DNA of 13,043 nucleotides from Meiothermus sp. (GCA_033762915.1 JANRLD010000085.1:1-13043), one strand, 5' to 3'; counted from the first letter of the stretch, positions 1 through 7,635 are shown. The notes: generated from the sequence alone by a model not told the origin. Translations and numbers: made by a program.

Positions 1-138
1 CCTTAAAGCCTCCCCTACAGCGTAGGGGAGGTTGGAGGGGTCTGTTCCGAGGTCGCCCATTCAGTCAGCGAATACATGAGTCAGCGCGGAACAAACCCCG
101 CCCTACCCACCCCTACGCTGTAGGGGTGGACTTCATGG
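1..138. repeat. Inverted pair of REP-like hairpin elements (REPIN/BIME-like)
   Basis: CCTCCCCTAC-AGC-GTAGGGGAGG (9-31) and CCACCCCTAC-GCT-GTAGGGGTGG (107-129) are both perfect 10-bp stems with 3-nt loops, in opposite orientation. Similarity extends over about 50 bp (1-49 vs reverse complement of 87-138). Confidence 0.75.
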
Positions 139-251
139 TTAAGCCTGCTGCCTTTCGGAGTTGCTCCCAAAAACCCGACTTTGCGGTTGCCCTGCGTTCG
201 AGGCTCGGCACTCGAGGCTTTTTGAGAGAAGTCCTGTAATATATCGGCGAT

Positions 252-1139
252 ATGCGCGTCATCGTGATCGGGACCAGGGCCAGTCTGCTGGCCCAAGCCC
301 AGACCCGCTTCGTGCTCGCCAGCCTCAAGGAGAACTGGCCGGAGACCGAGTTTAAGGTTCGCACCGTAGAGTCCAGGGAGGGCGGCGACTGGGCGGCCTC
401 CGCCGCACTGCAAAACGCACTTGCCAACCGGCAGGTAGATATCGCGGTCCACTCGCTAAAGCACCTCCCCATTTCCGAGACCTTCGGAATCAAACTGGCC
501 GCCGTGCCCAAGCGCCTCGAGCCCCGCGAGGCCTTCGTGGGGCGCACGGCTAAACGGCTCGAGGAGCTGCCGCAGGGGGCCTCGGTGGGGGTCAATAACC
601 TGACGCGCCGTTCCCAGCTATTGGCCCTCCGGCCCGACCTTAAGGTGTGGGAGGTGGGGGGCGATTTGGACGAGCGGCTGGCCAGGCTGGGCGAACTGGA
701 CGGGCTGATCATCGGGGCGGCCAGCCTGCTGCGCCTCGACCTGCGCAACCGAATTGACCAGCTGGTGAGTCCCGAAGACCTGCTCCCCGTGCCCGCGCAG
801 GGCGCGCTGGGCCTAACCACCCGGCTGGGCGACGACTGGGCCGAGGAGCTGGCCTACAGCCTCAACCACCGGGGCTCCGCCGACCGCGTGAAGGCCGAGC
901 GGGCCTTCCTGAGGGGCCTGGGGGCCGGCGACGGCTGCCCTGCGGGGGCGCTGGCGGCCATCGAGTCCGACAACACCCTCATTCTGAGCGGGGTGGTCTG
1001 TTCGCCCGATGGCAAGGACCTGATCCGAGCCGAGATCGAGGGCGACGCCGAGGAGGCCGAGGAGCTGGGTAGCGAGCTGGCCCAGGACCTGCTCAAAGAG
1101 GGCGGGCGGGAGATTCTGGGGGCAGCAGCTCAGCCCTGA
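252..1139 (+). CDS. hemC: Porphobilinogen deaminase (HemC/HMBS) homolog with a degenerate active site
   Basis: Full-length HemC motifs: GTRxSx[10 protein letters not shown], LPQGAxVG, RPDL, QGALG, AERAFL. Catalytic and cofactor positions are altered ([29 protein letters not shown]). Family is certain; function is not. Confidence 0.85.
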   Translation: MRVIVIGTRASLLAQAQTRFVLASLKENWPETEFKVRTVESREGGDWAASAALQNALANRQVDIAVHSLKHLPISETFGIKLAAVPKRLEPREAFVGRTAKRLEELPQGASVGVNNLTRRSQLLALRPDLKVWEVGGDLDERLARLGELDGLIIGAASLLRLDLRNRIDQLVSPEDLLPVPAQGALGLTTRLGDDWAEELAYSLNHRGSADRVKAERAFLRGLGAGDGCPAGALAAIESDNTLILSGVVCSPDGKDLIRAEIEGDAEEAEELGSELAQDLLKEGGREILGAAAQP

Positions 1140-1150
1140 AATAGGCGGGC

Positions 1151-1720
1151 TCAACCGCTGGGCAAGGTAGCCGCGTGGGCGAGAATGGCCTCGGCGGCCT
1201 CGGTCGGCGACAACGCGGTGATGTCCAGGGTTAAGGTGTCGGGATGGTCGGGTCGGTAGAGCTCGAGCCGGGAGAAGTCCTCGAGTTCGTTTGCGTTCAC
1301 CGTCTTCATGCGCTCGCGGCGCCGGGGCTCGGTAATGCGGCGCAGGTGCTCGGCGGGGTCGCAGGTCAGGCGGACCGGAACCAAGCGGCTGCCCCGCGCA
1401 CGGGCGGTCTCGAGCACGTTTCGGTACAGCGACTCGCTCTCCGGGTCGCCGTGCACCAGCCCGTTGGTGAAGACGAAGCTCCAGCTGCGCGGCGACAGCT
1501 CGCGGATGGTGCCATACACGGCGTGGTGAACCTGATAGCAGTAGTCCCAGACCTTCGGGGGAAGGGGGGCGAGGCCGTCCTGCTCGATCAGGCCGAAGAT
1601 CGGGTTGAGGATGTAGTGGTTGTCCACGACCCTCGCGCCGGTCAGGCGGCTGAGTTCCTTGGCGATGGTGTACTTTCCCACGCCGGGGAAGCCCAAGAGG
1701 TAAAAGATGGTGGCCTCCAT
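1151..1720 (-). CDS. P-loop small-molecule kinase-like protein (AAA_33/nucleoside or shikimate kinase fold)
   Basis: N-terminal strand plus Walker A-like GFPGVGKYT, then VVDNH, lid motif LRRITEPRR, and C-terminal LDITALSPTEAAEAI typical of NK-fold kinases. 189 aa. Confidence 0.8.
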   Translation of the reverse strand: MEATIFYLLGFPGVGKYTIAKELSRLTGARVVDNHYILNPIFGLIEQDGLAPLPPKVWDYCYQVHHAVYGTIRELSPRSWSFVFTNGLVHGDPESESLYRNVLETARARGSRLVPVRLTCDPAEHLRRITEPRRRERMKTVNANELEDFSRLELYRPDHPDTLTLDITALSPTEAAEAILAHAATLPSG

Positions 1721-1726
1721 CAGCGT

Positions 1727-2350
1727 TCAGCTCTCCGAAGCGGCCAGCCGTGCGCCCAGTCCCACCAGGGCCGCGCCCGCAAGGCGGTTGAACCAGCGGG
1801 CGCGGCTAGGCCTGCGGAACCAGGGTTTGACCACGGAAGCGAGGCTCGAGTAGGCCATCAGCGAGCAGAAGGAGATCGAGACGAAGGTCAGGGTCATCAG
1901 CGCGAACTGCGGCGGCAGCGGCGCGGCGGGCTCGATGAACTGCGGGAAGACGGCGGTGAAGAAGGCAATCGGCTTGGGGTTGCCGACCGCCAGGGTGAAG
2001 GCTTGCAGGAACAGTTGGGCCGGGGTCTTGCCCGCAGCGGCGTGCCGGTCTTCGGCGAAAGTGTTGCGCCTGGACAGGGCCAGGCTCAGGCCCAGGTAGA
2101 TCAGGTAGAGCGCGCCGGCCCACTTGATCCCGGTGAACATCACCTCCGATGCCAGAACCACCGCCCCCAGGCCCAGCGCCGAGAGCGAGGCCAGCACCGC
2201 CAGCCCGGTGATGTTGCCCAGCGTAGTGAACAGCGCGCCCCTCGGCCCGTACTGAAGCCCGGTGGTGATGGCCAGCAGCACCGCCGCGCCCGGGGTCACG
2301 ATGTTGACGAAGGCCACGGCGAAGTAGAGCAGCCAAGTCTGGAACTCCAT
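1727..2350 (-). CDS. LysE/RhtB family amino-acid exporter
   Basis: 207 aa hydrophobic protein with TPG, KWAGALYLIYLG, GNPK..FF..VFPQF and NRLAG family motifs. Confidence 0.92.
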   Translation of the reverse strand: MEFQTWLLYFAVAFVNIVTPGAAVLLAITTGLQYGPRGALFTTLGNITGLAVLASLSALGLGAVVLASEVMFTGIKWAGALYLIYLGLSLALSRRNTFAEDRHAAAGKTPAQLFLQAFTLAVGNPKPIAFFTAVFPQFIEPAAPLPPQFALMTLTFVSISFCSLMAYSSLASVVKPWFRRPSRARWFNRLAGAALVGLGARLAASES

Positions 2351-2362
2351 GTCAACAGGATA
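2351..2362 (-). promoter_or_regulatory. Candidate leaderless promoter (-10 TATCCT) for the LysE gene
   Basis: Minus strand reads TATCCT-gttgac-ATG with no Shine-Dalgarno. TAnnnT about 6 nt before ATG is the typical leaderless arrangement in Deinococcota. Confidence 0.5.
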
Positions 2363-2367
2363 ACCGC

Positions 2368-4362
2368 TCAGCCCTGCTCGATCCCCAGCAAGCGGCGCTC
2401 GAGCTGACGCTCGCCCTCTAGACTCCGATCGAGCTGGTCGAGCTCGTGGGGGGTGGAACGGCTGAAGACCTGCATGGCTACATCCACCACCATCGGGTCG
2501 AACTGGGTTCCTGCGCCACGGGCGATCTCGGCCAGGGCATGGTCCAGGGGCCAGGCCTGCTTATAGGGGCGGTCGTGGGTGAGGGCGTCGAGCACGTCGG
2601 CCACCGCCACGATGCGGCCCTCGAGGGGAATCTCGGCCCCGGCCAGACCGCGAGGGTAGCCCTGGCCGTCCCAGCGCTCGTGGTGGCTGTGGGCAATGCG
2701 CTCGGCCATCTGCAGCAACCTCGAGTGGCCACCCGAGAGGATGCGCGCACCGATGGTGGTGTGGGTCTTCATCACCTCAAACTCCTCGCGCTCGAGCTTG
2801 GCCGGCTTGAGCAGGATCAGGTCGGAGATGCCAATTTTGCCCACATCATGCAACCGGGCGGCGAGGCGCAGCTGCTCCACGCTCTCGTCGTCCCAGCCCA
2901 GCTCGCGGGCGATCAGGGCGGCGTTGCGCCCCACGCGCCAGGTGTGATCGCCGGTTACGTCGTCGCGGTACTCGGCGGCCAGGGCCAGCCGAGCCACTAC
3001 CTCGAGACGGGCTTGCTCGAGATCCTCGGTGCGATCGGCCACCTCAGCTTCGGCCTTGGCCCTGGCCTGGGCCTCGAGGTCGCGGCGGACACGGGCGGCC
3101 TCGGCCTCGGCGCGGGCGCGCTCAAGGCCCAGCACCGCCGAGAGCATCCGCTGTTTGCGGTCGGACTCGGCGTTAAAAACCTCGCGCTCGAGGCGGTGAT
3201 AGGCGGTGAGGTGGAAGACCGCCCGCTGCCACTCTTTGCGCCGCTGACACAGCTCGGCGAGGAGTTGGTGGGCACAATACTCCGAGCGCTTTTGCTGGCT
3301 CTGCTCGGCCAGCTCGAGGGCCTGCCTCAAGGCGGCCTCTGCGGGTTCGAGGAGGTCGAGGTTGAGGTAGTCTTGCGCCAGGCTGAGCAGGATTTCCAGC
3401 TCAGTCATCCGCTGGCCCAGGACGCGAGCACGCTCGAGGGCCTCGAGGTGTACCTTCACGGCGGCCTGGTGCTCTCCCATCTGGGTCTCGGTCTGTCCAA
3501 GTTCCTCCAGGGCCTCCAGCAACAGCGGCTCCCACGTGTGTTCCTTGGCCAGCATCAAGGTGCGGAGGATATGGGCCTTAGCCAGCTCAAGCTGCCCTAA
3601 GCCACGCTGGGTCTCGGCGGTGCTCAGCAGCAGCATGGCCTCGGTTTTTAGGTCGCCAAGCTGGCGGGCGATCTCAAGGCCGCGTTCAAAGTGCTCCAGT
3701 GCGGTGGCGGGCTCGCCCATCTCGCTGTAGAGGTTGCCGACGCTACCCAGCGTGACCGCCAGGTTGGCTTGGCCGTCGGGGTGCTCGGAGAGGATTTTAT
3801 AGGCCTGTAGGTAGTGCTCGAGAGCCTTGGGGTAGTCACCTAGGGTGGTCAGCAGGGTGCCGACGTTACTTAGGTACTTGGCCTGCTCGAGATAGAGCCC
3901 CAGCCCCCGGCAGATCTCCAGGGCCTGACCCAGGCACTCCAGGGCCTTAGCGTGTTCGGCCTGGGCATGGTAGACCGCCGCCTGCTGGTTGAGTAGGACA
4001 GCCTGCTGATCCGGCTGCCCCAGCTCCCTAGCCAGCCGGACGGCGGTCTGGAGGAGGTTGCTGGCCTCCCCCAGGTCCCCCCGCTCGCGGTAGAGCCGCA
4101 CCAGCAGGGTCAGGGTCTGGAGTTCAGAAGCCTTGTCGAAGGTGTGCAGGCTACGCACCACCGACTCCAGCACCGGGATGGCCTCGAGGTCGCGCCGCAG
4201 CTGGTGGAGCGCCATCCCCATCAGCATCTGGGCCTGGGCGGCCTCGGCCCCCTGGCTCTGGGCATAGGCCAGCCGGGCCTGCTCAAGGGCTTGCTGGGGC
4301 TCCTTGGTCAGGACCGTGCGGGCGGTCTGGAGGAGGGTCTGGATGGGGGTGGAGGGGGGCAT
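2368..4362 (-). CDS. TPR-repeat HD-GYP c-di-GMP phosphodiesterase
   Basis: About 400 aa of TPR-like repeats, then a coiled coil, then HD-GYP with EYRD..T..H, LHDVGK, HHERWDGQGYP, VADVLDALT and RPYK intact. Start set at ATG 4362 because of RBS-like GAAGGT and because the paralog at 6229 starts at the same position. No signal peptide or TM segment. Confidence 0.93.
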   Translation of the reverse strand: MPPSTPIQTLLQTARTVLTKEPQQALEQARLAYAQSQGAEAAQAQMLMGMALHQLRRDLEAIPVLESVVRSLHTFDKASELQTLTLLVRLYRERGDLGEASNLLQTAVRLARELGQPDQQAVLLNQQAAVYHAQAEHAKALECLGQALEICRGLGLYLEQAKYLSNVGTLLTTLGDYPKALEHYLQAYKILSEHPDGQANLAVTLGSVGNLYSEMGEPATALEHFERGLEIARQLGDLKTEAMLLLSTAETQRGLGQLELAKAHILRTLMLAKEHTWEPLLLEALEELGQTETQMGEHQAAVKVHLEALERARVLGQRMTELEILLSLAQDYLNLDLLEPAEAALRQALELAEQSQQKRSEYCAHQLLAELCQRRKEWQRAVFHLTAYHRLEREVFNAESDRKQRMLSAVLGLERARAEAEAARVRRDLEAQARAKAEAEVADRTEDLEQARLEVVARLALAAEYRDDVTGDHTWRVGRNAALIARELGWDDESVEQLRLAARLHDVGKIGISDLILLKPAKLEREEFEVMKTHTTIGARILSGGHSRLLQMAERIAHSHHERWDGQGYPRGLAGAEIPLEGRIVAVADVLDALTHDRPYKQAWPLDHALAEIARGAGTQFDPMVVDVAMQVFSRSTPHELDQLDRSLEGERQLERRLLGIEQG

Positions 4363-4376
4363 GGTTACCTTCTGAC

Positions 4377-5819
4377 CTATTGGGCGTTGCACAAGCCGCT
4401 GTGGTTGGGGTCTAAGAAGCCTTTGGCGTCGAGCAGCCCGGCCCCAAGCACGGCGGTAGGGCTGTCCTGGATGCAGCTCGCGCTCTGCTTGAGCCTGCGG
4501 ATCAGTTGCAGGCGGCCCTCTAGGGTCTCTTGCTTACCCTCGCCCAGTGCCAGGGCCAGCACCCCCGCCACCACCGGGGCGGCCTGCGAGGTGCCCGACC
4601 ACGCCGCCTTGCGGTTGCCAGGCGCGGGGCCGAAAACCATCTCGCCGGGCGCGCCGATCTCAGCCCGCAGCTCGAGCACGTTCTGTGGGCTGTTGCGGTT
4701 GGAAAAGTTCGAAAGGAGCTTCTGGCCATCCACGCTGCCCACTGTGATGCGCATGGCCTTAAGGGGGTCAAAGTTCTGGGGGGCGCAGTCTTCGCAGGAG
4801 TCGAAGGCTGGATAGAGCACCTTCTCAGCCCCGTCGTTGCCCACCGAGATTATGACGAAGATGCCTCTGCGGGTGGCGGCCCGGATGGCCCGCTCGAGTT
4901 CGGGCGAGGGCTGGTCGGAGCCCAGGCTGAGGTTGATGATGTCGGCCTCGAAGCGTATAGCCCGGTAGATGGCCCGCATGATGTTGAGGGTGTTGCCCTC
5001 GCCGTTCTTGTCCAGCACCCGCATCGGCAGGATGCTGGCTCGAGGGGCGATCTGGCGAATCACGCCTGCCACGCTGGAACCGTGGCCGTAGCCACCTTTT
5101 CCCATCTCGCCTTCTTCCTGGGGAAAGGGGTCGTCGCCCACGAAGTCCCACATCTCCGATGCCGGGGCCAGAACCCCCAGGCCCTGGAAGGCGAAGTGAG
5201 CGAAGTCGAGGCCGGTATCAACTACCGCCACCTTTACCCCCGCTCCCAACCGGGGGGCTAGGCGGAAGGCTCCCTCCAGATCAATGTTTTTCCAGTTCTG
5301 AGTGTTCTCGAGCATGCCCTGGTAGCCGCCGTTCTGCCAGAAGTTGGCCCCGTTCTGCCAGAAACTCGCGCCGTTCTGCCAAAAGCTAGCCCCGTTCTGC
5401 CAAAAGCTAGCCCCGTTCATGCTGGCCCGCTGCCCAGCGTTGGCGAACTGGCGAAGGTTGGGCACCGTCCGTGGCTCCCCCTCTCCGCTCAAAGAGCCTA
5501 CGCTTGGGGTAGTGGCTCGGTTCACCATTACCACGCAGTAGGGGTCTTCGGCGTCTTCGTCCCAGACCAGCACCTTGCCACCGTACTGGGCTTCCATCTG
5601 GGCCTTCAGCTCGAGGCTGTTAGAGCCGTTCAACTGCCCCGCCAGCGAGACCGCCGTCATGTAGCCGTCCACCACATAGCCGTTGATGATCTCGGGCGGT
5701 TGGGGAGTGGGGTTACCGGTGGGGCTGTTGGGGCTGCCGGTGGACGGGCCGCCGCAGGAGACTAGGATGATCAGCAGAGTGGACAGTGCAGCGCAAGCAA
5801 TTCGGGGAAGTTGGGGCAT
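4377..5819 (-). CDS. S8 (subtilisin-like) serine peptidase, lipoprotein
   Basis: Lipobox LVS-C22, then a Pro/Ser/Thr linker. Triad D201 (VAVVDTG), H246 (GHGSSVAG), S411 (WSGTSQAAP); oxyanion Asn in SVGN. RBS GGGAGA. Confidence 0.93.
   Translation of the reverse strand: MPQLPRIACAALSTLLIILVSCGGPSTGSPNSPTGNPTPQPPEIINGYVVDGYMTAVSLAGQLNGSNSLELKAQMEAQYGGKVLVWDEDAEDPYCVVMVNRATTPSVGSLSGEGEPRTVPNLRQFANAGQRASMNGASFWQNGASFWQNGASFWQNGANFWQNGGYQGMLENTQNWKNIDLEGAFRLAPRLGAGVKVAVVDTGLDFAHFAFQGLGVLAPASEMWDFVGDDPFPQEEGEMGKGGYGHGSSVAGVIRQIAPRASILPMRVLDKNGEGNTLNIMRAIYRAIRFEADIINLSLGSDQPSPELERAIRAATRRGIFVIISVGNDGAEKVLYPAFDSCEDCAPQNFDPLKAMRITVGSVDGQKLLSNFSNRNSPQNVLELRAEIGAPGEMVFGPAPGNRKAAWSGTSQAAPVVAGVLALALGEGKQETLEGRLQLIRRLKQSASCIQDSPTAVLGAGLLDAKGFLDPNHSGLCNAQ
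5334..5417 (-). repeat. Four in-frame 21-bp tandem repeats encoding NGASFWQ x3 + NGANFWQ
   Basis: Plus-strand units: ctgccagaagttggccccgtt, ctgccagaaactcgcgccgtt, ctgccaaaagctagccccgtt x2. Residues 135-162 of the peptidase, followed by one more NG. Confidence 0.97.
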
Positions 5820-5839
5820 AGTTCTCCCTAGGGTAGAAA

Positions 5840-6229
5840 CTACCCTGTCTGACCCCTGTGATTTTTAGGCGGTACTTGTCGGCGAATCGTTACAGCCCGC
5901 GGACGGACGGTGGTCTGGAGGAGGTTGTTGGCTTCACCTAGGTCGCCCCGCTCCCGGTAGAGCCGCACCAGCAGGGTCGGGGTCTGAAGTTCGGCTTTGC
6001 GGTCGAAGCTGTGCAGGCCGCGCACTACCGACTCCAGCACCGGGATGGCCTCGAGGTTGCGCCAGAGCCGGTGTAGCGCTATCCCTATCAGCATCTGGGC
6101 CTGAGCGGCCCCGGCCCCCTGGCTCTGGACGTGCGCCTGGTGGGCCTGCTCGAGGGCCTGCTGGGGCTTTTTGGTTAGGGCCGAGCGGGCGGTCTGGAGG
6201 AGGGTCTGGGTGGGGGTGGAGGGGATCAT
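5840..6229 (-). pseudogene. Truncated paralog of the TPR-HD-GYP gene (first 109 codons only)
   Basis: 5904-6229 aligns without gaps to 4037-4362 (86/109 aa identical by hand count). Homology stops abruptly after LLQTTVR and a 20-aa unrelated tail follows. No RBS; helix-breaking L84P change. Confidence 0.85.
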
Positions 6230-6477
6230 AAAAGGCCGGGCCGGGCCGGTGACTTGTGCCTGTTATCTTAGCCCAAAACAGGAGCAATTCCGGAATCGAA
6301 AGCTGTCGTTTTGTGCGGCAGCCTCACCACTCTAGGGTATGAACCGACCCTTCCAAACGCTGTGACATATCAGCGCTACTTTGCGGTTTTGCGTTACCTG
6401 TATTGGCCCTAGAGTACCGCTGCGAACCAGTACCGACGCTGGTATTGCCCGGCCGGAATGGGTTTCGTTTCAAGGCA

Positions 6478-6507
6478 AAGGGAAGCCGGCCCGCAGGCCG
6501 GCTCCTT
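6478..6507 (-). terminator. Probable terminator hairpin after the V4R-like gene
   Basis: AGCCGGCC-CGCA-GGCCGGCT (6484-6503), 18 nt past the stop codon, followed on the minus strand by an imperfect T tract (TCCCTTT). Confidence 0.55.
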
Positions 6508-6521
6508 CGTAGGCCTAAGGT

Positions 6522-7136
6522 CTACAGGCGAATCGGGGTGATTTCGAAGGCATTGCGGGGCTGGGAAAAACGCGGGTTGGGGGCATCGGTCAAGATTTTC
6601 ATCCTGGGGGCGACCAGTACCCGAATTCCTGCCCCGCTGTGCTCGATGGTCTTGGCCTCGAGTTGCACGCCCAGCATGTGCGACTTCCAGCCCGCCGAGA
6701 AGCCCATCACCAGGCGCGGCGCGACCGGGCGCAGGTCCTCGTAGAGCACGTAGAAGTTCTTGGGGTTGCCGTCGTAGTGCAGCTCGAGGATGTCCACCGT
6801 GCCCAGCCCGCTGGCCATATACACGAATGGGCGCATCAGGCAGCGCATCAGCGGCTCTTCGGGCACTTTACCGCTGGAGATCAGCTTCTTGGCCTCGAGC
6901 TCGCCCATCAGATATCCCAGCTTGTACGAAACGATGTCCGCCGAGAGGTCGCCGATGGCGTGCCCAAGGTTATCCATCACCTCTTTGCGCACCAGCACGT
7001 ACTCGTCACCGCTGATCAGCAGCCTGCCGTCGGCGGTGTTGGTCACAGGCTTGGACAGCCTAAGCTCTTGCACCAACGCGCGGGCGGCATGAAGCTGGGA
7101 AGGCACATCGGACTTTGGGGTTATGGTTGCACTCAT
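6522..7136 (-). CDS. Stand-alone V4R/XylR-N-like ligand-binding protein
   Basis: DGRLLISGDEYVLVR, YKLGYLMGELEA, SGLGTVDI and GFSAGWKSHMLG match the V4R (4-vinyl reductase) family pattern from memory. Start ATG 7136 has RBS GAGGA. 204 aa. Confidence 0.7.
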   Translation of the reverse strand: MSATITPKSDVPSQLHAARALVQELRLSKPVTNTADGRLLISGDEYVLVRKEVMDNLGHAIGDLSADIVSYKLGYLMGELEAKKLISSGKVPEEPLMRCLMRPFVYMASGLGTVDILELHYDGNPKNFYVLYEDLRPVAPRLVMGFSAGWKSHMLGVQLEAKTIEHSGAGIRVLVAPRMKILTDAPNPRFSQPRNAFEITPIRL

Positions 7137-7476
7137 GGATTCCTCGATTCGACACCCTTTGATGGGTTGGTGGAGCGTCAGAGGTAAAGTTAATACTTTG
7201 CCCTCACTAAAGCTGTCGAAAAAAACCGTCACTTGCGGACAACGAGTAACGCCGACTGTATGCCCACTTACAAACTCAGCATCGGCAAATCTCTGGAATT
7301 TCTTGGTTTTTGTTGGCCCACTCCGGCATTGTCTCGAGGCTGGGTAGTCTGATTCCAAAACCCGCCCAAACTCATATTCCGGTTTGTCGATACTGGAGGT
7401 GGCCTTGGTTGTGCCCGACCCCACAGCACCAATCGCGTTTTCCACCTTTGCCCCCCTCGCGCCGGCAGGTAATGTA

Positions 7477-7635
7477 CTCCCTATCGCGTTTCCCACCCAT
7501 ACTCCGCCCACGCTGCGAAAAAGTGCACTTGGTACGGCAAAAACCACCATACCGAGTATTCATGGCAACTGCTCTACAGCAAAAACCGCCCGCTTTAGCG
7601 CCGTAGGGAGTATGGGTGGGAACCGCTCGAGGGGG
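7477..7635. repeat. Inverted repeat with a 16-bp perfect core flanking a 101-bp spacer
   Basis: TTCCCACCCATACTCC (7490-7505) and GGAGTATGGGTGGGAA (7607-7622); imperfect pairing extends to 7477/7635. Confidence 0.85.

Noticed and set aside
1151..2350. LysE exporter and kinase as parts of the protease/HD-GYP system
   Set aside because: Although only 17 bp away, lysE has its own candidate leaderless -10 box and both are common stand-alone families. There is no evidence beyond adjacency.
1244..3600. Long plus-strand ORFs (387 aa, 384 aa) and similar antisense ORFs elsewhere (113..820, 8001..8615, 8642..9874)
   Set aside because: Shadow ORFs opposite well-supported genes in high-GC DNA, with no recognisable motifs.
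4363..4392. Upstream start for the TPR-HD-GYP ORF (674 aa)
   Set aside because: It overlaps the protease stop codon. The paralog and the RBS both point to ATG 4362.
5334..5417. 21-bp repeats as a CRISPR array
   Set aside because: No spacers, in-frame within a CDS, synonymous variation, and no cas genes.
6310..6452. Canonical c-di-GMP-I (GEMM) riboswitch
   Set aside because: Lacks the GNRA tetraloop and the GACGCAAA junction. Kept only as a low-interest structure.
7137..7550. N-terminal 138-aa extension of the 342-aa ORF 6522..7550
   Set aside because: Composition is atypical and it runs through repeat-rich intergenic DNA. A good RBS precedes ATG 7136, where the V4R-like sequence begins.
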